Shown: positions 1-18,998 of the stretch, one piece after another
Position numbering within the stretch: position 1 is the first letter of the stretch
Layout: every line of letters starts with the position of its first letter
Source of the DNA: the human T2T-CHM13v2.0 reference genome, Homo sapiens
DNA length: 64,000 nt
Assembly: GCF_009914755.1 (NCBI RefSeq)
Contig: NC_060928.1
Strand: one strand, 5' to 3'
Translations under genes and position numbers: made by a program
Notes under the pieces: model-generated
What the model saw: only the letters and a program-made list of their open reading frames with translations
Told to the model about the DNA's origin: nothing
Databases searched by the model: none

Positions 1-224
1 ATCTTGTTATTTCTTCATAAATGTATAATTTCTTTGTCAAAAATGTTTAGAAAGATTTCTGCTCTAGTCACTTCTTTAGAGCGTCATGTGAAAGCCCATG
101 TACATGTAAAAATTTAATAAAGCTTGTCTACTTTTCTCCTGTTTATCCATCTTATGTCTGTTTAATTCTTAGTCCCAACCAGAGAATCTGAGAAGGTAGA
201 GGATAATGTGTTTCCTCCTCAACA
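1..224 (+). mobile_element. 3' end of a MER34/MER39-like ERV1 LTR
   Basis: AATAAA then ttttctcctgtttatcc...gaaggtagaggataat..tttcctcctcaaca terminus typical of the family. Confidence 0.55.
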
Positions 225-329
225 GATGTAACACGTTATTTTATGTTATTAAATATACTATTAAGACCATTGTAATTCAATATAGAAAGGTAGAAAAGAA
301 AGGAAAGAAGGAAAAACTAGAACCTAAAT

Positions 330-720
330 GCTTATCTCCAAGGGTACGAGTAAATAAAATGCAGCAAATGCATACAATAGAATGTTATGCAACAGTTTGA
401 GATAGAAATACATGTGCTATATTGACAAAGACCTCCAATACATATTAATTGAAAACAGCAAGCTGCTAATTAACACAGGGCATATAAATTCATTGATATT
501 AAAAGACACACACAGACAGACACACATACACACACCTCACAGAACAAAAATGTATATTTCTGTATGTATCTAGTATTCATTTATTTACAAAATCACCTAG
601 AAGAAACTCTGAAAGACATGCCCCCAAATGGCAACAATCTCTGGGAAGTATGGCATTGGGAGGCAGGATGCAAATATACATCTCTATTATTTAAAGACTT
701 CCCATCCTTTGAGCTGGAGC
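330..720 (+). mobile_element. Old L1M 3'-end fragment
   Basis: catacaatagaatgttatgcaacagttt...catattaattgaaaacagcaagctgc resembles L1ME/L1MC 3' ends. Confidence 0.45.
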
Positions 721-815
721 TGCAAGGTAAAAATAATAACAAATAAATAACAAAAAAGATTTCCCAATAGATATTCATGTATTTCCCTGTCTTTCTTAGG
801 GTCAAAATCAAAGAG

Positions 816-2849
816 GGCTGGGTACAGTGGCTCATGCCACTAATCCCAGCACTTTGGGAGGCCAAGGTGGGCAGATCACTTGAGCTCAGGAGTTCAAGAC
901 CAGCCTGGGCAACACTGATGGTGGCGGTGGCCTGCCTGGAGTAGCCACTGTGAGGATACCAGCTGCAGGGAGGGAGGCATAGCCAGGGCTGCATGCACCA
1001 CGGAACCGGCGGGGCCGGGAACAGCTGATCCCAGCAAAAGCCCCATGCCCTACGGAGTTGGTTGGGTGGTTGGGTGGGAGCCCATGCTCCCGGGTGCAGC
1101 TGCAGCCGCCCAGCCATGGCTCTGGACCCAGGCATGCCTGTACTCTCAGGGCCCTGGGAAGCCCTGCAGGCTCTCACTCCCTGTCCTCTTCCCGCTCTCA
1201 GCACCCGCCCCCATGGCAGAGCAAAGCTGCGGACGTATCCTGTTAACTGAGCCCAGGTGCTGTTGTGACCCGGCCAGGTGTGCACACACTTGGGGCAGCA
1301 CTGACACACCACCGCCCTGCCACTGCCACCTCAGCCCCCTCCAGAAACTGGTTCTGAGGCTGAAACTTTGGGTGCCAACGAGTACGGGAGGGAGGCCTGG
1401 GGGGCTGAGGGTGGCTTGGGGCGGGCCTAAGGATGCCCCTTGTGCAGACAGCCTGGGTGCCATGGATAGCATGTTGTTGGTGGTGGGCGACAGGCAGGTT
1501 CCTTCCGTGGGAAGGGGCGGGTCCCCTGGAGCCTGGGGGCTGGGCTATCAGTTCTGGACAAAGTCTCCCACCCACAGTGAGAACTTCCTTGATACCTTTT
1601 GGCAAATCAAGTGGTGCTTTTTCCAGGCATGCCCATGGACCAATCAGCACACACTTCCTCCATTTTGAGCATTTCCTCCATTCTGAGCCTGTAAAATCCC
1701 TGGAGTCAGCCAGACTCAAGACACTCAGGACGACCTGCCTCTGAATAGGAGCTACCCACTTCTGGTCTCCTCTCTCCTGAGAGCTGTACCGCTGCTCAAT
1801 AAAGCTCCTCTGCCTTGCTCACCCTCTAGCTGTCTGCATAACTCCATTTTTCCTGGAAGCAGGACAAGAACCCAGGACCCGCTGAATGGCAGGAGCAAAA
1901 GGAGCTGTAACACTTTCCTAGCTGGCTCCCGAGCTGTGGCAGGAGCTAAAGGGGCTGTAACACTCTAGCCCTTCTGCCCTCCATGGGCACCAGGCAGCTG
2001 TCCCATGTGACAGGAAGCAGTGGTGGGGTGGGGCCAGCCCAGGAGCCCCGAGCTGAAGCAGGGCAGTGGGACTGAAAGAGCCGCAACACAAACGGGCTGA
2101 AACACCCTCCCCACCTTCCCCCGCCCCCAACCCCCGTCACCCCACCTCACCTTACTGGGACGAGGAGGAAAGAAGAGAGGGCTCTCCTTCTGGGAGCCCA
2201 GACCTCAGGGCTCCCTGAGTCAGAGCTCGACATGCTGTAATACTCTTTTTGGGACTCTGCGGTTCCTGGCATCTCTGAGCTTTTGGGCGCCACCTGTTCC
2301 CCTCGTCCAGACACTGGTGCCTGCAGTGGAAGCCCATTGCAATACATCTGGTCTAGCCGCATCCTCGCACAGAGCCAGTGCTTGTGTTGATGCCTGGAGC
2401 TTCCTGCCCTGCCACAGCAGCCAGCCTGCCTGGCTATGCACAGTGGCCAGACTCCACGCTCGCTCGCTGACACAACCCACACCCCTGCCACTTCATGCCT
2501 GGCTTGCTCTTGGCATGCATGGGATCCAGGCTGGTAGCACCAGCCAAGATCAGCCTGCCAGGCCAAGTGGGCGATCCCAGTGAGCATAAGCAAAACTCAA
2601 GCATAAGTGCCACCAGCCACAGACGCTTCTGGCTGGTGAAGCCACACCCTAAGGATCCTGAGACAACATGGCAAAACCCAGTCTCTACCAAAAATACAAA
2701 AATTAGCTGGATGTCGCCTGTATTCCCAGCTACTCAGGAGGCTGAGGCAGGAGGATTGCTCGAGCCAGGAGTTGAGGCTGCAGTAAGCCATGTTCACGCC
2801 ACCATACTCAAGCCTGACAGACCGTTCTCCAAAAAAAAAAAAAAAAAAA
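816..2849 (+). mobile_element. Alu (J-like) split by a MER52 LTR: 816-915 and 2666-2849
   Basis: Left monomer stops at cagcctgggcaacac and resumes acatggcaaaacccagtctctac...polyA. Confidence 0.9.
916..2665 (+). mobile_element. MER52-family solo LTR (ERV1), ~1.75 kb
   Basis: TG...CA termini (tgatggtggcgg...ggatcctgagaca), 4-bp TSD ACAC/ACAT, internal AATAAA at ~1798, GC-rich body. Confidence 0.88.
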
Positions 2850-3029
2850 GAATCAAAAGATCTGCACAATCTGTATTCTCTACCCCCTACTTCTCTGATC
2901 TCATTTTCCCTTTTACTGATTGATTTTATTTTCCCTTTTACTGATTCCCCACCCATACTTCTCAGATCTCATTTTTCTTTTTACTAATTGTAATCTCCTT
3001 GCTAAACCTCAAATATACATGCATTGATG

Positions 3030-3400
3030 CACCTTAGGGCTTTTGAAAAGGCAGCTCCCTTTGCGAAGAATGCTCTGCCTCTGTTTACCTATGTTGCTCA
3101 TTAATTCACTTCCTTCAAGTTTTTCAAGTGGTAACTTCTCTGTGAGGCCTACCCTGACTTAATTATAATTCCCCCTACTAGCGTTCCCAGTCTGCCTCAT
3201 CTTATGCTTGTTTATAGCATTACTCACCTTCTAACACATTATATAATTTGTTACTTACTATGTTTGTTTTTCTCCTTTCACTGGAATGTAAGCTCTATGA
3301 GGGCATGGATTTTTACTTCCTTTGTTCATCAGTGTATCCTTAGTTCTTAGAATTGTGCCCAGTATACCAGTCAGTGCTCGATAACATGTGCTAACTTACA
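3030..3400 (+). mobile_element. L2 3' fragment
   Basis: ctggaatgtaagctctatgagggcatgg...gtgctcgataacatgtgc L2 tail motif. Confidence 0.7.
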
Positions 3401-3698
3401 AATCTTCACAAGAATATATTCATGTGTTTTGCATGTTTTTAAAAATCAAAGACTATGAATCAAATATAATCACCAATCATACAAACAAAAAGTTAGAATA
3501 AAATGTTTGAGAAGTTCCTGGGTTCTGTGGAACAAAGTTTGAAGACCTCTGGCTTAAAGCAAAATCAGACAGAGCTCACATTGATTTAGGCACACGACTT
3601 GCAATGCAAACTATTTTACCCTGGAACATCTATTTTTTCAAAACACTGGGAATAAACCAACCATTCCTAGGAGTCTCTGTGAAATCCCCAGGGATTGC

Positions 3699-3994
3699 TT
3701 TTTGTTTTGTTTTTGTTTGAGACCGGGTCTTGCTCTGTTCACCAGGCTATAGTGTAGTGGTGCAATCATAGTTCACTGCAGCCTTGAACTCCTGAGCTCA
3801 AGCAATCCTTCCACCTCAGCCCCCTGGGTAGCTAGGACTATGGGCACATGTCACCATAACCAGCTAATTTTTTACAAAAATTTTTGTAGAGATGGAATTT
3901 CCCAGGTTGTTCTTGAACACCTGGCCTCAAGCAATCCTCCTGCCTCAACCTCCCAAAGCACTGGGATTACTGCTGTGAGCCACCACACCCAGCC
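3699..3994 (-). mobile_element. AluJ-like
   Basis: Alu consensus on reverse strand with T-rich tail. Confidence 0.9.
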
Positions 3995-4801
3995 TCTCAT
4001 CTACTTCTCTCTCTCTCTCTCTCGTAGAGGCAGTCTCCCAGTGTTGCTCAGGCTGGTCTCAAACTCCTGGGCTCAAGCGATCCTCCCACCTATCTCTTTA
4101 TTTATTATCAAGATTCATAATTATTATTTACAAGCTCCTCAGCACTTGTAGATTTGACTTCTTGTTTTGCCAATTATATTATAAATTTCTCAGAGTTACT
4201 GGCCAGATCTTATGCTTCTATAGTCCAATAGTGAGATTCTGTCCACATAGTAAGTATTTAATCAAGGCTTTGTAATCAGCATTGTAAACCAAGTGAGAAT
4301 ATAAATGAGCCTATAAACATTACCCCAAGTCACACAGAACTTTGAACTTTGAAATACTAAATCTATTTCAGTGATTCTTTTCTGAATTTTAAAAGCGAAG
4401 CACCGGAACAGAACATTGGCAACTGACAAGTTTTCCTTGTTAACTCCAGATTTGTGTACTGAAAGGTGGTACAAACATCTAGGGAAGCTCGAATCAAAGC
4501 TAATATTTTTACTAGACAGACCAACCCCACCTCTGTTATTACCTGGCATATGCGTATGGCTGTTCATAAATGTTTGGGGTCTGAGAATCTAGGTATAAGA
4601 AAGTTAATGATTGGTACCTAGATCAGCTTGACAGAGAAGAAAGACTTCCAAGAGCACAGCGCTGCCTGGTTGGTTGGTTCGTTTTCAAAAGGCTGAAGAT
4701 CTACACAACAAATACAGCAAACTTTATGTATTTACATAATGAAGCACTTGTATGTTTGTATATACCTTTTGTGGCAGAGGAGACCAAAGAAAATGGCATA
4801 A

Positions 4802-5116
<315 letters not shown>

Positions 5117-5279
5117 CAGGAGAGATTTTTAAATAGTAAAAATTATGAACAATCATTGTGCCCCACTATTAGACAATATGACATAAACTGGCATACAATA
5201 TCATAATCATAAATATTAACAAGTATTTGACACATAGCATACATATAAGGTTATCTTAGGTGAAGAAAATCAGAACTTA

Positions 5280-5578
<299 letters not shown>

Positions 5579-5687
5579 GAAAATCATAACTTAATATGAA
5601 CACATTCACTGATTTTGAAATGTAAGAAAAAATATGCATGAACTGGCAGCTATCAGAAATTAACTTGAGAGAAAGAAAATAGGGTGC

Positions 5688-5986
<299 letters not shown>

Positions 5987-5992
5987 AGGGTG

Positions 5993-6127
5993 TTTTTTTT
6001 GTTTTTTTTTTAAAGACAGGGTCTTACTGTGTTGCCCAGGTTGGCCTCCAACTCCTGGACTCAAGGGATCCTCCTGAAAAAGCCTCTGAGTGGCTGGGAC
6101 AGCAGGCACATGCCAGCACACCTGGCT
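5993..6127 (-). mobile_element. Alu monomer (FLAM-like)
   Basis: Single diverged monomer. Confidence 0.75.
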
Positions 6128-6144
6128 TAGAAATAGTGTTTTCT

Positions 6145-6447
6145 TTTGTTGTTTTTTGTTTTCAAGATGGGGTCTTATTCTGTGCCCGAGGCTGGAGTGC
6201 AGTGGCGTGATCTATGCTCACTGCAAACTCTGCCTCCTGGTTCAAGCGATTCTCCTGCCTCAGCCACCTGAGTAGCTGAGTAGCTTAGCAAGCATGCACC
6301 ACCATGCTCAGCTAATTTTTGTATTTTTAGTAGAGATGGGTTTCACAGTGTTGGCCAGGCTGGTCTCCAACTCCTGACCTCAAGTGATCGGCCCGCCTCG
6401 GCCTCCCAAAGTGCTGGGATTACAGGTGTGAGCCACCTCACCTGGCC
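6145..6447 (-). mobile_element. AluS
   Basis: Full Alu. Confidence 0.92.
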
Positions 6448-6891
6448 AGAAATACGGTTTTGATAGTTATTACTGTTTCGTCCTCTATCAGTTTTCTAAA
6501 TTTCATCACTGTCAGTATTTTTGAGTGAGAAAGAGGCAAAAGAATATTAGAAGAAATTCGATCAGTCAGGGAAAGAGATAGTTTAAAAAAGGAAAGCAGT
6601 AGAAAGATACTAAGAGGAAAAAAGCATATAAGAGAAGAGGGAAAAGCATAGAAACATTTGCTAAAAAAGCAAAACCTAGAGAGACAGGAAGCAATGACAG
6701 AAAGAGGGATATGTTACTGTGTGGGTTGTTTATTAACTTGAATGAATCTCAAATGTCTCACAACAACCCTACATGGTATTATAATCATCCTCATTTTAAA
6801 ATGACAAAACCAAGTGACAGCATGGATTAAATAAATTGCTCAGTTATTCTAGGGGCCAGTGGAGGGAGATGAGATTGAGGCAACATCACTC

Positions 6892-7085
6892 TTTGTTGTT
6901 GTTGTTGTTGTTTTGTTGTTGTTGTTGTTGGGTTCTTAGAGACAGGGTCTTGCTTTGTTGCCCAGGCTGGAATCAGTGGCTCCATCATAGCTCACTGCAC
7001 CCCCAATCTAGTGGGCTCAAATGATCCTCCCACCTTGGCCTCCCAAAGCACTGGGATTACAGGTATAAGCCACTGTGCCTGGCCT
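6892..7085 (-). mobile_element. Truncated Alu with (TTG)n tail microsatellite
   Basis: (ttg)n 6893-6930 followed by Alu monomer sequence. Confidence 0.85.
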
Positions 7086-7248
7086 GATTTCATGCTCTAA
7101 AGCATTTTTTTCACCACCTCTTATGCAAACATGTAAACATTCCAAAAGATAAGTTTCCATCATCCTTTCAAATAGTGACAACTGATTCAGCAATTTAACA
7201 TAAATCTATTTGCCTTTGTTCTAATATACTTTAATTTTTTAAAAATAA

Positions 7249-7841
<593 letters not shown>

Positions 7842-8710
7842 AGACTTTAATTTTTAAGTAATTTTTTTTTCCCCAAAGAAATTCTAAAGGTTTTCATCTT
7901 TGGAAAAATGGCAGTGTGCTCTTTCACCTACACCAAAGAGAATGGTAGAGCGTATTCGTTCACTTCTTCATTCATAAATTGCGTGCCTATGTGCAGAACT
8001 GTGATCGGTACCCTGTGTATATGACAGAATAAAACACACCTGGACACCTGGCTCCCATTCTCCAAGAACTTACTCAGTGACTTTTAGGGGTTAATTTGGA
8101 AGATGTTCACTGGTTTAGCATCTAATAAACTGTGTAATTTTGAAAACAAGGGGCTAGATTAGAAAACCCAACATTAATATTATCTGACTTTTAAAATGTG
8201 GATGTTGGGACAGGGATTCTCTCTAATGAGCTTGGGTTTGGGCTTTGGGTTAGACAGGCTGCTCACATTTCTTTGATCCTTAAGAGCAGGCATGGTGTCA
8301 GGGAAATATCACAGTGTGAAGATCTTCTTGGCAGGACCTAAGAAGACTCTTAGATTTGTATCTTCTTACGTTATCATCATTTCTTACTTCAAGCATCAAT
8401 GTCATATTTTGTCAGCTGTGCTGCAAAACTTTCTAGAACTGATTGAACGAGAGCTTCAAACAATGCTGGGCCCACCTACTCCATTTAGTTCTAATTGGAG
8501 AAATCTGAGGACCTCATTCTTCTTAGCAACACAGTGATTTTAACTTTTTCCGTGATTCATTTTTTTGGAAGGCTGCCTTCTCAAGTTTCAAAAAAGGCTC
8601 AGGAATTACATAACTCTTCTCTATTCTAAGTTTATCACTCAGATCCATTGAATGCCTACTATGTGTCAGACCCTGTGGTAATTGTTAGGATTATATAGAA
8701 AGAAGACCTA

Positions 8711-9029
<319 letters not shown>

Positions 9030-9281
9030 TTAAGGAATTCACAGTCTAAAGGAGAAGCAAGGGAAGGAAACAAAGCGTCATAATTCAGGGTAGTGAGTGT
9101 TCGAATAGAAGTAAGCATTGGATGTAGGCATACACAAAAGGGGAACTTAGACTGGGAGTCTTAGAACAAACATTTTGGAGGAAATGACATCTGAATTTTG
9201 AAGTTTGCCAAGGAAAGAAGCAGGGAGATGAGTTAAAGGGAGAGAGAAACAAGTGCAATGAATGGGATCAAGCTTAAGAAG

Positions 9282-9957
<676 letters not shown>

Positions 9958-11405
9958 AGAAGGAAACTTGTAAGTGGAAGAAATGACGCTGGAGCAGTGG
10001 CAGGGAATAGATTACGAAGAAAGTGTCTTTCATGCAATGCTAAAGAGCTTTAATTTTACCTAGAAGTTGCAATTGGAAGAATGTAAACATAAGCATGCTT
10101 TGATTAGTGTGTGAAGAATGGACAAAGGGTGACCCCAAAGGCAAGGGAAACCAGTTGGAAAACTCCCGTGTTGTAGTGAGGATGGAGCAGAGGAGACAAA
10201 TTATAGACATGAAGCAGCAAAGGTTGGTTCCTGGGTTTTGCTTTGGGAGTCTGAGTGGGAGGCATTGCCATTCACCACGAGAGGCAAATTAGAAGGAATA
10301 AGCTTGGGTGGGAATTCCATTTTGGATATGTTGAGGTGTCTAGAGGCCCTCAATGGCCATTTTCAGTCCCTGTCTGGATATTTTAGTTGGGAGCTTAGGA
10401 GAGAAATCTTGGCTGGGAATAAAGTGGCAAGTCACCAGCATACAGGTGACAGGTGCAGTCATAACGCAGTATTGCCTTTCACAAGGACAGTACACACCAT
10501 GAGAAGATGGTTGATGGTAGACAATGAGTGGGCAGGGGACTGAGAAGCAACTGCTGGATATTTAGAAGGAAAACCAGAAAAGTAGGGATGGGAAAGATAA
10601 GACTGCTTAATGAGAAGGGAGTGGCCAAGAGGGTTAAATGCTAAAGAGCTCAAGTAAGTTAAAACTAAAAAGAACCACTGTATCTAGCCAATAAGAGGTC
10701 AGTGTGGACCTTTGAGACCAATGTTTCACTGGTGTGGTGGAGTCAGAGGGTAGAATGCAGGGAATTGAGAAGTGAATGAGAAATGGGAAAGTGAAGCCAT
10801 AATTGTGGTCAGGGAAGTCTAAAATCTAAGAGTTTGGTTAACTTTAGTCTTGGTCTTGTTTACTTTTACTGTGTTTTCTCCTTCTTGCCCTGACACATTT
10901 TCTACTTACTCTCTTCCTCCTGGTTTCCAATTAATGGCTGCAGCGTTCTCATGTTCCTTCTGGTATTTTTTCATTTACTTATTAATGTATAAGTACTTAT
11001 TAACCTTATCTGACTTTTGCAGTGGAAAATAACTGACTTTGGGATGAAATAGGGCTGGGTTTGAATCCCTTGCTAGAGTCCTCAGGGGCTGCTTTTTTTG
11101 TTATCTACAGGAGTTTGAATCTATACAGAAATCTTCTCAAACCAGCCAGGGGCTGGGAGCTGAGACTGCTGGGCCTGAGGCAGCTCTTTCCTCCACTTCT
11201 GTCTCTCTCTGGGAAATGTCTGCTCTCATCTCTGCTTTTCTCTGCACTTAACAGTGTGCACGTTTTCTAGAAACCAGTAGGCCAGTTTGACAAATCTTTC
11301 AATCTTAGCTCCTTCCATTACACAGCTCAGGAGCCCAACCTTCTCTCAGCATAAATTTTTAAGAGAATATGGTTGTTGACTGGCCAAGGATTGACTTTAG
11401 GATCA

Positions 11406-11774
<369 letters not shown>

Positions 11775-11912
11775 TTAAGTAAGAGCTATGAGTAAGGGGC
11801 AGTTCCCAGAAATGAAGGTTTGAACTGCACAGAAACTGGTGTGGGATTTTGGACAAATCCCTCAGTCTTTTCAGTCTTAAATGCAGAGTGAAGTTAAAAC
11901 TTAGTGGATGCA

Positions 11913-12197
11913 GGCCAGGGCACGGTAGCGCACACCTGTAATCCCAGCACTTTGGGAGACTCAGGCAGGGGCATCACTTGAGGCCAGGCATTTGAGACCA
12001 GCCTGGGCAACATAACAAGACCCCATCTCTACAAAAAAATTACACCTATAATATAGTCTTAGCTACTCAGGAGGCTGATGTGGGAAGATTCCTTGAGCCC
12101 AGGAGTTCAAGGCTGCAGTGAGCTGTGACAGTGCCACTGCACTCCAGCCTGGGTGACAGAGCAAGACTGTATCTCTAAAAAAACAAAAAAATAAAAA
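11913..12197 (+). mobile_element. AluJ-like
   Basis: TSD cttagtggatgc. Confidence 0.9.
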
Positions 12198-12210
12198 TCT
12201 TAGTGGATGC

Positions 12211-12629
12211 TGTGTTGTGCGAGAACTCTTTCTCTAGCTGCTAGGAGCACTGCCAGGGGACAGCTCTCATCTGTCATCCTCTCCAGGTATTTCCTGATGG
12301 CAGATGGCAGAAGACAGTCTCCTTGTTCAGTCACGTCCTCTTTCCAAGGACTGTCTGCATCCAATTAATGCTCAATGTCAGGGTAATAAAAATCTGTTCC
12401 TCAGACCCCCATCAAGTGGGCACAACTCTAGGGGACATTGCAATTCCAGAGCTCCCTGCAGAGGACAGTGGGCCTCTGTCATGACATGACAGACCAAAGT
12501 CTCCCTCTGCCCATTCCTGCTTCTGTCCTTTCCCTGTCATATGTGTTGTTTCCAAGAGCATTACCTAATAAACTTCCTGCACACTAATCTCAGTCTGAGT
12601 CTGCTTCCTAGGGAACGCAACCTGTGACA
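12211..12629 (+). mobile_element. LTR16-like ERVL LTR
   Basis: 3' end aataaacttcctgcacactaatctcagtctgagtctgcttcctagggaacgcaacctgtgaca. Confidence 0.65.
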
Positions 12630-12749
12630 ATACCGTACCTCCATCTTACAATATTTTGGGAAGAAATAAATGAAATAGGACAACTCCTGGGACACCTTAA
12701 TTGAAAGCTCTTTCTCTGAGCTCTTACCATGAAGTGTTCTGCTACTAAA

Positions 12750-13036
12750 CTTTTTCTTTTTCTTTTTTGTTTTGAGAAAGAGTCTAACTCTGTTGGTGCG
12801 ATCTTGGCTGACTGCAACCTCCACCGCCCAGGCTCAAGCGATTCTCGTGCCTCAGCCTGCAGAGTAGCTGGGACTACAGGCCTGCACCACCAAACCTGGC
12901 TAATGTTTTTATTTTTAGTAGAGATGGGGTTTCACCATGTTAGCCAGGCTGGTCTCGAACTCCTGGCCTCAAAAGATCTGCCCGCCTCAGCCTCCCAAAG
13001 TGCTGGGATTACAGGAATGAGCCACGGCACCTGGCC
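12750..13036 (-). mobile_element. AluS/J
   Basis: Alu consensus, reverse strand. Confidence 0.9.
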
Positions 13037-13189
13037 TTCTACTGCTACTTTTATTGACGCCTTCTGTTCTCCTAGCCTCTACGTATGTGTGTTGTAGAGC
13101 ACTATTGGCTTCTTTACATTATGCTCCCTTCTTTTTTGTGTGCTCTGCAGTAACTTAAGATTTGCTCCCACATAGTATTTCCCTTTGGC

Positions 13190-13700
<511 letters not shown>

Positions 13701-14170
13701 TTTGGCTCCCTGCCTCCTAAGATGTGAGATAGATCTCCTGATCCGGGCTAGAACCTACCCTTGGTGTGTTACCAAAGGCTCAGTGACTTCACTGATTAGA
13801 TCTCTGTTGCCTCCACATTCGCTTCACTTGTTCAGATACACACTGCTATCTTTCTGGTATAATTCACTTTCCTCACTTTTCCATCTCCTGACAAAATCTC
13901 TCTGGGAAGATAATCGACCACCATTGTCCCCAAGCCCTGCTACATCCACCCTGGTGTCTTTTACAGAAATGTACATAGGTCATAGGTTCTCAATACTTAC
14001 CACTGGTAGACTGACTTTATTAGGCTTCCCTACATGGTCATTTCTAAGTCCTGTACTGTTTGGTCATTCTATCCACTCCTTCATACTTGCTCCCCAGTTA
14101 TATTCATTTGGCTTGTACATTTATGTGACATATTCTCAATTACCATCTCTAATGTTCATTCATCTATTAG

Positions 14171-14617
<447 letters not shown>

Positions 14618-15274
14618 TGATATTTTGAACACTGAGATAATGTGATTTCATTCTGCTCACAGTTACTCTAGTACACAGATTTAAAACAATGGTCAAAGCA
14701 GCAATTACATTAACTCACTGCAGGAGTCATTATACACTCAGGTAGTACTTTGGTAAATTACAAAACAAATGTACACAAGGGCACTTCAGTAGAAATTAAA
14801 TCAGTTTGGGGACACATCAGGCTGCTAAATTCTGTACTAGAATCCAACAGCAAATGAGTCATTCTTGGAAGTGGAAGAACTCCATGATTTCACAGCCTAG
14901 AACACTAAGTATGACCACCAACGCACCATTTCAACTATCTAACAACCAATGGGAGAGTCAATTGTTCTCATCCCAACTGCCAAAAGCAAAAGGCAGGCCA
15001 TCACAAGTTGGCTTGTTCACCTTCTAAAGACATGACTTTATTTCTGCCTAAGTCATCTATATAAGCGAATCTAATAAATACAATAAAATGTAACCCAACA
15101 AAATTCTCATGTCACTTTTTACAGACATGGGTATATGAGAACCATGGAGGTGCTAAAGAAAAATAGAAGCATTTTCTTATTATCATATTACCATGAAATT
15201 AAATTTATGTCTGTTCTAAGGAAAGAAACTAAATGTCCTGTTTGATATTGATGAGTAGGCCTACTCATTCTCTA

Positions 15275-15627
<353 letters not shown>

Positions 15628-15758
15628 TTATGTGCTAATAATTCTCTTTTAAGTGTTGGAACAGGGGAAAGTTCACATTATAGAGTACAAAGGATCAAAA
15701 TGGATCCCTCCAAAATGGACATCCCCCCAGAAAAATGCTTATAACTTTGAAACACTTA

Positions 15759-16327
<569 letters not shown>

Positions 16328-16987
16328 TTAAGAACTTATACTTGTGGAAAATCACAATGACAATGAATATTTCACCAAATAGATGGTGGCAAATAGTTTG
16401 GCAACACATATTAGAAAGGTGATTTCTATACTACACATAAATGAAAGACAAACCGAACCACAATTGATGTTTTACTACATTAATGTAATTTACACTATGC
16501 CTATACCCACATGGCAAATTCAGTTATAACTGAAAAACTAGAGCAGTCCCTTTTTTTTTACTATGATTTGCATATTTTCCAGTATCCTAATACATGCATA
16601 CTTATCTTTTATAGATTATAATAATCTACATTTAAAATTCCATTTTAATATTGTGGCATGAAAAATACAAACACCAATACAGTATGTTTTATGCTTACTC
16701 AAAGTTAACTGGCTCAGAGTTTTAAAAGCTTTCCCGGATAAAGCAGAGTCAAGTCTACCCTATATCCCCATCCTATAAATTCCTCTTTGTCGAACCTGGC
16801 AATCTCAGTGAGCTATGATTGCACCACTGCACTTCAGCCTGGACAACAAAGTGAGACTCTGTAACTATAAAAAACAAAAACAGACAAACTTGGCTATCTA
16901 CCTCAATCCATCAATCACCCTCATGCCTTTGAACTTGACAACATCACTCCTCATCTTAGTTTTTAAAGTAAAAGATAGGAATAGTAA

Positions 16988-17324
<337 letters not shown>

Positions 17325-18654
17325 TGAAACCTGCATCTTCAGAATGTCATTTTTGTGCGTTAGTTTTCCTTTGCCTGTTGGTTTGGAAATTCTCCATGTT
17401 CCTAAAGGTAGCTTCCACATTTCTGTTCCAAGAACTGATTAGAAAAAGCAAGATGGTTTCCCGCTTTAGTTGCCTCCCTTTGGTTCCTCACCTCTCAGAC
17501 AACAAACAGAATGTTAACAGTCTTTCCTGTGATGTTTTTCCTTCTTTCACCTAACTTCCCTTGAAAAAAAAAATCAAAATATTTATTTAGCACTTTTTTC
17601 AAAGGGCAATTCCTGATTAATATAGGCAGAAAAACTCAAGATTTATCTTCTTCCATTTCCAGAAAGGTAAGAAGATGTAAATATTTATATTGGGCCCTCT
17701 CCCTCCTCATACATTTTTACCCAAAGCTTAAAGAAAAAAAAAAAAGTCAACTCAAAACACAGTTGAAGGTATATACTACATCAACTTTTTCTTTTGTTTC
17801 TGCCACAGAATTCCATGTCATTCTTAAGATTCAGTATTTTTCTCACATCCTATTACTTTATATACAAATTGCCATATAGCAATTTTTAACCTATTTCCTC
17901 ATCTGCTGATAATCACTGGGTCTCCACTATAAGAAAATTGCCCCTAGTTTGTCAAGAGTCCTTAAAAATAACGTATCAATAATTTAAAACTGGTGAAAGA
18001 GCTATGCAAGATTGTTCCCTTTAATTTTATATTACTCTAAAATATACATATGTACACATACTCACACATATAACAAATTTACATAGTTTGCAGAAATAAA
18101 CTACGGAAATAATTCCAAATACACATTTAGAAATTCACATTTTAACAGCAAACTTACATGCAGATAAAGAGAAGTATAGTTTTATACTTCCTAAGTTACA
18201 CAGCAAGCTGAAATGGAGAATGTTTTAATGGTCATTTTAGATTTATTCTTTCTCCTAAGTCTTAGAAAATGAGCAAAAAGGAGACATAAAACTCAAGCTA
18301 TGTCTATAGCAGTATCAGTCAATGTGGTATTATTTTTACTAACAAATTATTCAATTGCTTACTCTATACAAAAAGTGATATACACATACTATAATACTAT
18401 ATGCAAAACACAAAATAGCGTTAGAGATAACAAATGAGAACTTCATACAAAATACTTGATTCCATCAGTATTTAACTTTTGACCGGAAGACTCAGCCTGT
18501 GCATTCTTTTCTGATATTAAGGAATAGTCACATTTTTACAGTATTCTTAACTACAGAAAAATAGGAATAAATGGAGGGGAGGGCTGATGAGACAGCTGAA
18601 ATACACATTTATAAATATGTATACAATTTAGTAATGTCACATCATCTGAATTAA

Positions 18655-18998
<344 letters not shown>

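Noticed and set aside
593-2956. Many overlapping 100-240 aa ORFs
   Set aside because: All lie in the GC-rich MER52 LTR or Alu; no domain motifs or exon structure.
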